Counted from the stretch's first letter, positions 7,386 through 17,336 are shown. The stretch: DNA of 24,000 nucleotides from Thalassolituus oleivorans MIL-1 (GCF_000355675.1 NC_020888.1:1730883-1754882); one strand, 5' to 3'. Made by a program: numbers and translations. Notes: generated by a model from the letters alone, not told the origin.

Positions 7386-8159
7386 TTAGAAGAAGGCGTA
7401 TTTAGCGCCAAGTATCATGAGTAAACTCGCGAGTAATGGCTTTAATAATTTTTCTGGCATTTTGCGACTCAGGATGGCGCCGATATGGATCGCTGGAATG
7501 GAACCAATGAGGAGTGATCCTAATAGGAAAAAGTCGACGTTCCCCATGTGCATATGAATCAGTCCGCCAGTGAGGGTTAAAGGTACGGCGTGCGCAATAT
7601 CCGTTCCGACAATGTGGGTCGATCGTAATGCTGGGTAAAGCATCATTAAAACTGCCGTGCCAATGGCGCCAGCGCCAACAGAGGATAGGGTGACAAAAAT
7701 ACCGAGGAGAACGCCCATGGTGATTGTTGCTGCTGGTCGATAACGCGCTAAGTTGCGATTATTATAGCGCTGAGCGTAGCGCTGAATGCGAACTCGCAGC
7801 AAGATAACAACGGCAGTCAGTATCAGCATTACACCTAATGTGTTTTTGAGAAGGTGGCCATAGTCATCTGCGTCGGTGAAAAGATACGTAAGTGCAATGC
7901 CAGTTACGATTGCAGAAGGAATGCTACCAAGGGCTAACAGACGAACTAGGCCCCAGCGCACATGCTGCTGTTGGTGATGACTCCACGCTCCTGTTGCTTT
8001 GGTGAGAGAGGCGTAAAGTAGGTCTGTGCCAACGGCAACGTGCGGTGGAAAACCAAACATAAGTAGCAGTGGTGTCATTAATGCCCCACCGCCAATTCCG
8101 GTAATGCCGACGATCAGACCAACGGCTGCACCGGCGGCTATATATAACAAAATATCCAT
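7386..8159 (-). CDS. TauE/SafE (DUF81) family sulfite/organosulfonate exporter-type membrane protein
   Basis: Polytopic hydrophobic 257-aa protein with the family's G-rich N-terminal helix (GITGIGGGALMTPLL) and an internal repeat (GAGAIGT). It is divergent from cysB. Confidence 0.8.
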   Translation of the reverse strand: MDILLYIAAGAAVGLIVGITGIGGGALMTPLLLMFGFPPHVAVGTDLLYASLTKATGAWSHHQQQHVRWGLVRLLALGSIPSAIVTGIALTYLFTDADDYGHLLKNTLGVMLILTAVVILLRVRIQRYAQRYNNRNLARYRPAATITMGVLLGIFVTLSSVGAGAIGTAVLMMLYPALRSTHIVGTDIAHAVPLTLTGGLIHMHMGNVDFFLLGSLLIGSIPAIHIGAILSRKMPEKLLKPLLASLLMILGAKYAFF

Positions 8160-8315
8160 GAAAAATGGTCTACAGTAATACTTGTGGCTCTAAGGAAGCG
8201 GATGCGCAAGGATGAGTAGGCTAAACTAGCAGGACGTTACTTACGGTTTAGTCGTCATTTTGGCAAATTTGTGGCGTATATATTCATGCTTCTATAGTAA
8301 TTGCTGCCAATGTAG

Positions 8316-9365
<1,050 letters not shown>

Positions 9366-9380
9366 TTGAATTGCTTAACT

Positions 9381-9408
9381 AAAAAAGGACGCCTAGGCGT
9401 CCTTTTTT
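9381..9408. terminator. Bidirectional rho-independent terminator between convergent cysB and cysH
   Basis: aaaaaaGGACGCCtaGGCGTCCtttttt: a 7-bp GC-rich stem with an A-run and a T-run on its flanks. Confidence 0.85.
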
Positions 9409-9417
9409 GTTGGCTGT

Positions 9418-10143
9418 TTAGCCTTTACTGATGATGTTGCCTGCGTGCAGTCCGCATTCTTTGTGGCTGGCACCTTCCCACCACCAACGGCCTTCGCGTT
9501 CATGCTGATTCGGCAGTGTCGCGCGTGTACAAGGCTGACAGCCAATGCTGACGAAGCCTTGCTGGTGCAAGCTATTAAATGGCACGTCGAATATCTTGAT
9601 GTATTCCCACACCTGCGCTGAAGTCCAAAGTGCAAGAGGGTTGTACTTGGTTAGCTCGCCGTTTGCTCCTTGAAAGGCGCTGTCTATTTCTATCAAGTTC
9701 ACATCATTGCGAGTCCCTGGGCTCTGGTCACGGCGCTGGCCTGTGATCCATGCATCCAATGTCGCTAGCTTGGCTTTTAGAGGGGCGATTTTACGTACGC
9801 CGCAACATTCTTGATGGCCATCTTCGTAAAAACTAAAGAGGCCTTTTTCGCGCACAAATGTCTGCAGTGCTTGTTGTTCTGGCGTACGGATGTCAATTTT
9901 GATTCCGTAATGACTGCGCACTTTCTCTATAAATTCATAGGTTTCAGGGTGTAGACGCCCTGTATCTAAAGTGAAAATATCGACGTTTGCGTTCAATTTC
10001 ACTGCCATATCGACCAATATGACATCTTCAGCACCGCTGAAGGAAACTCCAATAGCACTATGTTGTTCGAGTGCGTGGCGAATTAGATCTTTGGGGCGTT
10101 TATCAGTGAAGGCTTCGTTTAGTGCCTTTAAGTCGTTATTCAT
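9418..10143 (-). CDS. cysH: Assimilatory adenylyl-sulfate (APS) / PAPS reductase, thioredoxin-dependent, Fe-S cluster type
   Basis: PAPS-reductase fold ([13 protein letters not shown]). It carries the CC...CxxC cysteines ([14 protein letters not shown]) and a C-terminal KECGLH motif, which mark the Fe-S-containing APS-reductase subgroup as in Pseudomonas CysH. Confidence 0.9.
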   Translation of the reverse strand: MNNDLKALNEAFTDKRPKDLIRHALEQHSAIGVSFSGAEDVILVDMAVKLNANVDIFTLDTGRLHPETYEFIEKVRSHYGIKIDIRTPEQQALQTFVREKGLFSFYEDGHQECCGVRKIAPLKAKLATLDAWITGQRRDQSPGTRNDVNLIEIDSAFQGANGELTKYNPLALWTSAQVWEYIKIFDVPFNSLHQQGFVSIGCQPCTRATLPNQHEREGRWWWEGASHKECGLHAGNIISKG

Positions 10144-10344
10144 GTTCTAAACCGATGTGTTAATCGAAATTGCGACTAGGTTACCATGCCACTGTTAGTA
10201 CAAATAATAATAAAAACGCATATTCTTAGTTTCATTAATGGAAAAATCTTCCGCTTTAGCGTACTGAATGCCGCATTCGTATTGTGTTTGTATGGGCTTC
10301 TGGCTAGAGTACGGCGCTAAATCAATCTGACTGATGGGGTAGTC

Positions 10345-10962
10345 ATGGAAATCGCATGTTTAGATCTTGAGGGTGTTCTGGTTCCGGAAATCTGGATCGA
10401 GTTTGCAGAAAAGACCGGTATTGATGCGCTCAAGGCGACGACGCGAGATATTCCGGATTACGACGTATTAATGAAGCAGCGTTTGGGCTTGCTTGATCAG
10501 CATGGCTTTAAGTTACAGGACATTCAGGATGTTATCGCAACTTTAAAACCTTTGGATGGGGCTGTTGAGTTTGTAGACTGGTTGCGTGAGCGTTTTCAAG
10601 TGATCATCTTGTCGGATACGTTTTATGAATTTTCTCAGCCGTTGATGCGCCAGTTGGGTTTTCCAACCTTGTTCTGTCACCGTTTGATTACCGATGAAAC
10701 TGGGCGAGTGACGGATTACAAACTTCGCCAGGCTGATCCAAAGCGTCAATCTATTCGTGCATTGCAAACTATTTATTACCGTACGATTGCGGCCGGCGAT
10801 TCCTACAATGATACGACGATGCTAGCCGAAGCTGACGCAGGGATTTTGTTTCACGCCCCGCAAAATGTGATCGACGAGTTTCCACAATTCCCAGCGGTTC
10901 ATACCTACGAAGATTTGAAGAAAGAATTCATCAAGGCCAGTAATCGCGATTTGACGTTGTAA
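10345..10962 (+). CDS. thrH: Bifunctional phosphoserine phosphatase / homoserine phosphotransferase ThrH (HAD superfamily)
   Basis: MEIACLDLEGVLVPEIWIEFAEKTGIDALKATTRDIPDYDVLMKQRL... closely matches Pseudomonas aeruginosa ThrH as I remember it. The HAD motifs DLEG and GDSYNDT are present. Length 205 aa. Confidence 0.9.
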   Translation: MEIACLDLEGVLVPEIWIEFAEKTGIDALKATTRDIPDYDVLMKQRLGLLDQHGFKLQDIQDVIATLKPLDGAVEFVDWLRERFQVIILSDTFYEFSQPLMRQLGFPTLFCHRLITDETGRVTDYKLRQADPKRQSIRALQTIYYRTIAAGDSYNDTTMLAEADAGILFHAPQNVIDEFPQFPAVHTYEDLKKEFIKASNRDLTL

Positions 10963-10986
10963 TTTTAGCAAATACTACGCAAAGGA

Positions 10987-11010
10987 ATGGGGCTTTATGC
11001 CCCATTTTTT
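10987..11010 (+). terminator. Rho-independent terminator of thrH
   Basis: ATGGGGC-tttat-GCCCCAT stem-loop followed by TTTTT, about 25 nt after the thrH stop. Confidence 0.8.
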
Positions 11011-11023
11011 GTATCTGCATTAT

Positions 11024-12310
11024 TTAAATAGGTGTCGCTAGAATCTTTCCTATTTTATTTAATATTTCTTGATACTCGTCGTCCATGGTTGAATCGACAA
11101 CGATTCCTCCGCCTCCCCAGCAGACAGCGCCATCTTTGGTCGCCGTAATCGTCCGAATAAGAATATTGAAGTCGGTTAAACCGCTATCATCAAAGTATCC
11201 CATTGATCCGCAATAGGCCCCACGGTTTTGTAGCTCAAGCTCCTCGATGATCTGCATTGCTCGAACTTTGGGCGCGCCTGTAATAGAGCCCCCCGGAAAT
11301 GCATTTCTTACAACATCGATGGGGGTAAGGCTCGCTTTCTGTTTTGCAGTAATGGTACTGACCATATGGTGCACATTGGCATGTGACTCCAGCGCAAATA
11401 GTTTTTCAACCTTCACGCTGTGCGGCTCCGCAGATCTACTTAAATCGTTTCTTAACAAATCTACAATCATCAAGTTCTCTGCTTGATTTTTTTCGCTGGC
11501 GAGAAGCTGATTGCGATTTGCTTCGTCACATTTAGGGTCTGGATGGCGAGGGCTAGTACCTTTTATTGGGCTGGTAGTAATGATGCCATTTTCTACCTTA
11601 ACGAATCGTTCTGGAGATACTGTTGCAATCCAGTAGCGATCGTTTTTGAAAAAACCGGAAAAAGGAGCGTCGAATGCCTCTAATAAGGGGAGGGGATTGG
11701 TATCTGTTAGATCGTCGCCGCAAAAGAAAGGCATAGCCAAGTTAACTTGATAGCAATCGCCAGCAAGCAGGTAGTCTTGAACTCGCTCGAATGCTGTTTG
11801 GTATTGACGCTTAGTCCAGCCCGGAGTCCATTTTCTTGCGTTTATTGCAGTTTTTTGTGGCTCGATCTCTCGAAGTTGGCTTAGTTCTTTTTTACGCTCT
11901 TCAGTCAGTGGGTAGTGACTTAGCAGGAAGCATTCATCACTTTCAAAATCTAGGTATATAGATGCATCGTAGTAATTGAATAGCCCCTCGGGTTCACTGG
12001 CGTGTGATTGAGGGTAATGAATGATACCTGCCCAGCCAGAGATAAAGTGCTCTGGCTGCTCAAAGCGCGTACTAGTTTGCGTGTCTGGATAGACAGTAAG
12101 GCTGGAATAGTCAGTATCTTTAACAACCTTAAGGGACTTTAAGGGCTTGTGGCCCAAAATGGCGAATCTAGGGGGGTGGGAAGATTGGCCAACCGTCAGG
12201 GAAGTGTAATTTACACCACTAAGGCCATTGAGTAGTAAAATCGGATGCTCAAGAAAGCTTAAACAATTCAACAACTTAGCTGGTGTAAAGGGGAGTTTGT
12301 CGTGTGTCAT
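11024..12310 (-). CDS. pabB: Aminodeoxychorismate synthase component I (PabB; chorismate-binding enzyme family)
   Basis: Chorismate-binding C-terminal domain with SPERF, PIKGT (the Lys is typical of PabB; TrpE has Ala), GGSITGAPK and GAYCGSMGY motifs. The thrH-pabB adjacency matches Pseudomonas. Confidence 0.8.
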   Translation of the reverse strand: MTHDKLPFTPAKLLNCLSFLEHPILLLNGLSGVNYTSLTVGQSSHPPRFAILGHKPLKSLKVVKDTDYSSLTVYPDTQTSTRFEQPEHFISGWAGIIHYPQSHASEPEGLFNYYDASIYLDFESDECFLLSHYPLTEERKKELSQLREIEPQKTAINARKWTPGWTKRQYQTAFERVQDYLLAGDCYQVNLAMPFFCGDDLTDTNPLPLLEAFDAPFSGFFKNDRYWIATVSPERFVKVENGIITTSPIKGTSPRHPDPKCDEANRNQLLASEKNQAENLMIVDLLRNDLSRSAEPHSVKVEKLFALESHANVHHMVSTITAKQKASLTPIDVVRNAFPGGSITGAPKVRAMQIIEELELQNRGAYCGSMGYFDDSGLTDFNILIRTITATKDGAVCWGGGGIVVDSTMDDEYQEILNKIGKILATPI

Positions 12311-12634
12311 TTTATGCCAGAATCAAGGGTTGTGAATTGAGCTTAACTATTTGATTTTTAAGGATTTTATTTCACTGCTGGAGCGGTGATTCTAGCATTG
12401 TTTGAGCTCTTAGGGCTATGTTCCGTAATTTTTTGTAAAAAAGTGGTGGACAACACCAAAGCCACATAATAGATTGGTATCCAGCTTCTGAGGTAACTCG
12501 AAGCTAAGAATATTGAAACCCATTGATAAAGTCATTCGGTTTCCAGTGACTCACTGAAGAAGATCTGGCAGACTGATGATAGGTCGCCCACACAGCGGCC
12601 GACATAATAGAAAAACAATCAGGAGTGTGCACAA

Positions 12635-13438
12635 ATGAAATTTCTTAAAAAAGCTTCACTAGCAGTATCAATCGCTGCAGTATCTTTCGCTGCTAACGCT
12701 GAGTTGGTTGCTATGGATGAAGCGACTATGTCTGCTGCGACTGGTCAAGCTGGTATCGATTTGAACATTACATTGGAAGGCGCTAACGCTATTTCTATTG
12801 GTGAAATCCTTTACACTGATACTGATGTGGCTGATGGCGGTAGCTTGTCTCTAAGCACTGTTACTGTTGGTACTGACTCTGGTACTCTGACTATTGAAAA
12901 CGTGATCGATATTACTTCAGACGGTATCATGAATATTGCTACTAGCGCTGTTTCTGGTCTTAAGATTGGTGTTGGTTCGGTTGATTTGGTTAATGCTGCT
13001 GGCGCTAACTCTGGTAATCTGATCTCAGGCTTGAGCTTGTCAATGGATTTGGGTGTGTCAAACACTACTATCGGTAAAGGTACTTATGATGCAGCTGGTG
13101 TTTTCACTGCTGACACTAAGACCGTGATCGATTCTCAGTCTTCTTTCAAGATTACTGCCGGTTCTTTGTCTGCACTTGACGGTCAAGTTGGCGTGAGCGG
13201 TATCACTTTTGATAACGACGGCCAGAACGTGGAAGTTGATACCACTATGTGGGCTGACGCAAGCGGCTTCAACATCAAAGTTAACAGCATTGCTGGTGAC
13301 TTGACCCTAGGTGCAGTTACTCTAGGCGGCACAACTGACGCTACTACCGGCGTATTTACTGCAGGCCCATCAATTGGTTCTGTTGGTATCAGCAACATCC
13401 AAATGGCTGGTGCAACTATCACTGTATCTGGTCACTAA
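12635..13438 (+). CDS. Abundant secreted beta-strand-rich acidic protein of unknown family (candidate structural subunit or cargo of the downstream operon)
   Basis: AGGAG Shine-Dalgarno with a 9-nt spacer. Sec signal MKFLKKASLAVSIAAVSFAANA|EL. The mature part is G/T/S/A/V/I/D/N-rich with no Arg, no Cys and one Pro, and shows about 12 alternating amphipathic strand patterns. Codons are strongly biased toward T-ending forms (ggt, gct, act, tct, gtt), unlike neighbouring genes. Two terminators follow the gene. Confidence 0.8.
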   Translation: MKFLKKASLAVSIAAVSFAANAELVAMDEATMSAATGQAGIDLNITLEGANAISIGEILYTDTDVADGGSLSLSTVTVGTDSGTLTIENVIDITSDGIMNIATSAVSGLKIGVGSVDLVNAAGANSGNLISGLSLSMDLGVSNTTIGKGTYDAAGVFTADTKTVIDSQSSFKITAGSLSALDGQVGVSGITFDNDGQNVEVDTTMWADASGFNIKVNSIAGDLTLGAVTLGGTTDATTGVFTAGPSIGSVGISNIQMAGATITVSGH

Positions 13439-13456
13439 GATCATTTGCTGGTGAAA

Positions 13457-13485
13457 TAAAAAAACCCGCTTAGGCGGGTTTTTTT
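13457..13485 (+). terminator. Rho-independent terminator T1 after the secreted-protein gene
   Basis: aaaaaaaCCCGCttagGCGGGttttttt: a GC stem extended by A/T pairs, followed by a T-run. Confidence 0.85.
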
Positions 13486-13501
13486 ATGCCTAAAATAAGA
13501 C

Positions 13502-13528
13502 AAAAAAGTGCGCCGATGGCGCATTTTT
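13502..13528 (+). terminator. Second tandem rho-independent terminator T2
   Basis: aaaaaaGTGCGCCgatGGCGCATtttt: a 6-bp perfect stem plus a G-U closing pair and a T-run, 17 nt after T1. Confidence 0.75.
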
Positions 13529-13617
13529 GGTTGGTAGATAGTGTGATTTTATGTAACATGTAAGATGACTAAACAAAATTATAATAACAATACGGAGGGG
13601 CCTTTGGCCTACGTGTA

Positions 13618-14550
13618 GTGTTTGTCATTCTTCTAGGATCACTAATTGGGTTTGCTATGGTGCACGAGCTGGCCATCGTGAACGATCGTCAGCCCGGCGA
13701 TACCATCGTTCGTGTTGCGGTAAACGAAGATTATCAGCAAGATCAGGTAGTCAACGTGGAGCCACTCTCCGTTAAGCGTTTTAAAAACGTGGTACGTCAA
13801 GTCTATGATTATTCTTGTGGCTCTGCTGCATTAACAACCTTGTTGGATTACTACTTGGGTAGAAACTTCCAAGAGCGCCAAGTGATGGAAGGTTTGCTGC
13901 GCTTCGGCGAAACCGAGCGCATCGTTCAGCGTCGCGGTTTCTCACTGCTCGATATGAAGCGTTTGGTAACTGCGCTAGGACATCCATCTGGCGGGTTTAA
14001 GGCTGAAGAGGAGGATCTAATAGCTTTAGATCATCCTGCGATTGCGCCGATCCACTATGCAGGTTTCAAGCATTTCATTGTGATTCGTTCTGTATATGAA
14101 GGGCGCGTTTATGTGGCTGATCCAGCGTTGGGGAATATAAGTTTTACGTTGCCGAGATTTCTCGAAATTTGGGACAATAACGTTCTTTTTATAGTGTTTC
14201 CGAACGGCCACAAACCCGCAACCGGTCTAGAGTTGCACGAAGAAGATATGCGTTTTGTTTCTGATTATATTATTGCGGAAAATACTTTCCGTGAATTTCC
14301 TGAATTCCAAATTCGTAGCGAGCATACGATTAGCAATCAGATTTACGCGATGAAAGACAATGCTCAGACGAGCTTTGGACCTAAGTTAGATGCTGACGGT
14401 AAGGCAGTAAGAAATGAGGACGGAAATATCGTCTACGAGGTTCTCGTAGAAACGAAGGCTGATGGTGCCGATCCGGATGACTTCAATACATATGTTGCCA
14501 CTGATCGCTCAGATGTAATTGAGAAGCACCTTCGCTTCCGCAGAAAATAA
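13618..14550 (+). CDS. Peptidase C39-like cysteine protease (standalone, non-ABC) with N-terminal hydrophobic anchor or signal and a ~110-aa C-terminal extension
   Basis: C39 catalytic signature: YDYSCGSAALTTLLDYY (Cys), GFKHFIVIRSVYEGRVYVADPALG (His and Asp), followed by FLEIWDNNVLFIV. The GTG start at 13618 is the first start after an in-frame stop. It gives the hydrophobic N-terminus FVILLGSLIGFAMV. The GGAGGGG upstream is about 19 nt away, so the start is uncertain; the alternative is ATG at 13657. Confidence 0.75.
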   Translation: MFVILLGSLIGFAMVHELAIVNDRQPGDTIVRVAVNEDYQQDQVVNVEPLSVKRFKNVVRQVYDYSCGSAALTTLLDYYLGRNFQERQVMEGLLRFGETERIVQRRGFSLLDMKRLVTALGHPSGGFKAEEEDLIALDHPAIAPIHYAGFKHFIVIRSVYEGRVYVADPALGNISFTLPRFLEIWDNNVLFIVFPNGHKPATGLELHEEDMRFVSDYIIAENTFREFPEFQIRSEHTISNQIYAMKDNAQTSFGPKLDADGKAVRNEDGNIVYEVLVETKADGADPDDFNTYVATDRSDVIEKHLRFRRK

Positions 14551-14576
14551 TAACGATAAAGAATTAAGGAATTTCC

Positions 14577-15644
14577 ATGTTGATTCGTACCAAACTAATT
14601 TCGATCCCCTTATTGTTGGCATTTGCCAGTGCAGTTGTTGCTGATGAAGCAGCCGATATGGATAAGGCACGTGAAGCCCTCACCAAGCAGGATAACGACG
14701 CTGATACTGAAAAGGCACTTGAGCAGGTTTTCGAGGCAGCAGAAAAGAATTATTCGATGTTGAAACGTGGCGGCGTTTCCGTTAACTACAACTTTGATTA
14801 TAGCTACTACGGCGATCAGCGGATTGATTTAACAATCACTCCTAACGTGAATAGTGATGGCCAAGTAACTGGCGACTCTACGATTAGCAGTGCAAATGTG
14901 AGTCCTGTGGCCAGCCATACCATGACGAACTCGTTTTCATTGGATTATGGATTGATGGATAACGTGACAATTGGTGGTCGTTTACCGCTGATTGCGAAGT
15001 TTGAGACAGAAGATGAGCTTACTGCCTACGGCGTAGGTGATCTTTCAGGTACGGTTCGTTGGCAGCCATTTGAATATGTTCCAGGCAAAATTAGTCAGAC
15101 CTACTTTGCAACGTTACGCTTGCCTACAGGCGATAGCCCCTATGAAATAGATGAAACGAAAAGCTTGCCGACTGGTTCCGGTACTTGGGGTTTGAGTGGC
15201 GGGGTGAGTGCTTCTAAGGTTCTTGATCCAGTGGTTCTATTCGGCTCGTTAAGTTATGGCTACACGCTGCCATTAACCGATCTAAATCAACGCCGAGGTA
15301 GTTCGATTCTTCGTGAAGTGCATTCTGGCAGTAGCTTATCCTTTTCTATGGGCTTTGCTTATTCGTTGTCGTACGACGTATCTTTGAGCGCTTCATTCCA
15401 AGGGTCGTTTAACGATCAATCGCGTTTTGAATTATATGATACTGCTACGGGTTCAACTGTTAGCTCAGTATCAGGCAGTCAAATGAGCGGTATTATGAAC
15501 TTTGCTCTTGGTGTGCGGGTGTCTCCAAAAACAATTGCTAACGTAAACGTTGGTTTTGGTATGACAGAGTTGTCCCCGGATATTTTGCTTGGTTTGTCTC
15601 TACCGATTGATGTCGAGGGTATTAAACCTTCTGCTGGTAACTAA
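14577..15644 (+). CDS. Outer-membrane beta-barrel protein with an N-terminal acidic helical segment (possibly the MetA-pathway 'transporter' barrel family)
   Basis: AAGGAA Shine-Dalgarno. Signal peptide MLIRTKLISIPLLLAFASAVVA|DE. About 40 aa of charged helical sequence follow (DMDKAREALTKQDNDADTEKALEQVFEAAEKNY). The rest shows alternating beta-strand patterns with G/S/Y-rich turns and a GVGDLSGTVRW motif. Family assignment is tentative. Confidence 0.6.
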   Translation: MLIRTKLISIPLLLAFASAVVADEAADMDKAREALTKQDNDADTEKALEQVFEAAEKNYSMLKRGGVSVNYNFDYSYYGDQRIDLTITPNVNSDGQVTGDSTISSANVSPVASHTMTNSFSLDYGLMDNVTIGGRLPLIAKFETEDELTAYGVGDLSGTVRWQPFEYVPGKISQTYFATLRLPTGDSPYEIDETKSLPTGSGTWGLSGGVSASKVLDPVVLFGSLSYGYTLPLTDLNQRRGSSILREVHSGSSLSFSMGFAYSLSYDVSLSASFQGSFNDQSRFELYDTATGSTVSSVSGSQMSGIMNFALGVRVSPKTIANVNVGFGMTELSPDILLGLSLPIDVEGIKPSAGN

Positions 15645-15650
15645 CCAGTC

Positions 15651-17336
15651 ATGGCTAATAAAACTATAAAAATGACAAGGTTATGGCGACACAATATGCG
15701 AATTTTACTGTTGGTGGCATTGTTAGTACCGAGTCTTGCAAAAGCAGAACTCGTACAGAACCTGTTTATTGATACCAAGGCAATGTCGTTGGGTAACGCA
15801 GTGACTGCTGATCCAACTGGTATCATGGATATTCACTTCAACCCCGCCGGTTTGACGAAGCTGGAAGGGCGTCAGGTTCAGGTTCAGTTACAGGGTGTTA
15901 TGTTGCGTTCTGAGGCTTCTTTTGCGCTGCCTAAAGGATATGACGATACCGAATCTGGGCTTTTGCCTATACATGAAGACCCAGTTTTGAATGAAGGCAA
16001 TAGCCATGCTGATGTGGCTATTTATATCCCCGGATATGGTTTGGTTGGCGTTCCTTTACCTGTGTTGGCGTTGCCTTCGGCCGGTATATCTATTAATCCA
16101 CCGGGCTCTAAATTCACATTTGCGAACGCTGTTTATGCGCCAATGGCTGCCGGCTTTTCAAAGGGTGATGATGATCCAGGGCGCTATCAGGCTAAAACGA
16201 TTGCACTTCAGCGCTTAACTTATTTGTCTCCATCATTTGGTTACAAGGTGACTGATGAGTTTTCTGTGGGCGCAGGTCTGCTGTTTTCGCATCAGGCGGT
16301 TGCACTTGAGCAAGATATTCGCGCACCTAACATTCTGGTCGGCGTGCTTGAGGAGCTTCAAGATGCGTTTGGGTGTTTTGATGCTGAGACGGGTGAGCCT
16401 ACCGGTAACGATCCGCTGGCGCCTTTATTGACGCTATGTGGCGGTAATGTTGGTCCATTTGATGATGTCGGTACTTTGAAGATTAACACTACTGAGAGTC
16501 TGTCACCCTCATTTAACCTTGGTTTGTTGTGGGAGCCGAATGGCTGGTTTAAGTTTGGCGTAGGCTATCAAAGTGAAGCAACGAGCCAATTGAAAGGCGA
16601 TTATGACTTGGAATATACCGATGAATTTGCGGATTTCTTCCGTAATTTTAGGTCGTCTATTATTGGTGCTATTGGTGGGGCGATATTCTCATTGCCTACG
16701 GGTAATAAGCGAGAGCGAGGTTTTGTTACTACCGAACTGACATATCCTCAGCATTTTCAGGCCGGTGTGGCATTCCAGTATTTTGATGTTTTCCATCTGA
16801 ATTTGGATTTAGGTTGGACCGACTACGATAAGTGGGATGAGCTGTATTTTGAGTTTGACCGCGATGTGAGCTTTTTATCGACAGCGAGAACCTTGTCTCC
16901 TGATTTGGTGACATCCTCTACTCTGACGATGCCGCTAAACTTTAAGAGTGTGTGGAATTATAAAGTGGGTGCATCTTGGGATCTTAACTCACGTATTCAG
17001 CTACGTGCAGGTTTGGAGCCTCGTAAGAGTTCTATTCCAGACGACTCTCGTAGTCTGCAGGCTCCTATTGGCTTTGCACGGTTGTACGGCGTTGGTTTAG
17101 GTTACCAGTGGGACTTGGATACTGTTGTAGACTTGTCTTTGAGCTTTATGAAGTCAGTTCAGCATATCCGTGCTGATCCACAAAATGCTGAGAATTTTGA
17201 TGACTATCCTAATTCAAGTAATTCACTTAACCGGAACTGTTTAACATGTGTTGTGACCAACCCGTATCCAGGTCTGGATATCGACACCAAGCTAACCATT
17301 GGCGCCGCTGGTATCAGTTTCCGCACCAAGTTCTAA
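15651..17336 (+). CDS. FadL/OMPP1/TodX-family outer-membrane transport protein, unusually long (561 aa)
   Basis: Signal peptide (MRILLLVALLVPSLAKA|E) followed by the family's N-terminal hatch motif AMSLGNAVTADPTGIMDIHFNPAGL. A C-terminal aromatic residue (..ISFRTKF) marks a beta-barrel OMP. The start could be 15651, 15672 or 15696; none has a good Shine-Dalgarno. Confidence 0.75.
   Translation: MANKTIKMTRLWRHNMRILLLVALLVPSLAKAELVQNLFIDTKAMSLGNAVTADPTGIMDIHFNPAGLTKLEGRQVQVQLQGVMLRSEASFALPKGYDDTESGLLPIHEDPVLNEGNSHADVAIYIPGYGLVGVPLPVLALPSAGISINPPGSKFTFANAVYAPMAAGFSKGDDDPGRYQAKTIALQRLTYLSPSFGYKVTDEFSVGAGLLFSHQAVALEQDIRAPNILVGVLEELQDAFGCFDAETGEPTGNDPLAPLLTLCGGNVGPFDDVGTLKINTTESLSPSFNLGLLWEPNGWFKFGVGYQSEATSQLKGDYDLEYTDEFADFFRNFRSSIIGAIGGAIFSLPTGNKRERGFVTTELTYPQHFQAGVAFQYFDVFHLNLDLGWTDYDKWDELYFEFDRDVSFLSTARTLSPDLVTSSTLTMPLNFKSVWNYKVGASWDLNSRIQLRAGLEPRKSSIPDDSRSLQAPIGFARLYGVGLGYQWDLDTVVDLSLSFMKSVQHIRADPQNAENFDDYPNSSNSLNRNCLTCVVTNPYPGLDIDTKLTIGAAGISFRTKF

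Noticed and set aside
12566-12582. TGGCAG element upstream of gene A as a possible sigma-54 (-24/-12) promoter
   Set aside because: The position 10-11 nt downstream reads TGATG rather than TTGC(A/T), so the -12 GC element is absent. No enhancer-binding protein gene is nearby.
13580-13585. TATAAT hexamer as the promoter -10 element for the B to F genes, downstream of the tandem terminators
   Set aside because: No acceptable -35 hexamer lies at 16-18 bp spacing and there is no TG extension. An internal promoter is plausible, but this motif in AT-rich DNA is not enough to call one.
15641-15826. 61-aa minus-strand ORF at the junction of the two barrel genes
   Set aside because: It is antisense to the signal-peptide region of the FadL-like gene. 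It is short, has no Shine-Dalgarno and has no recognisable motif.
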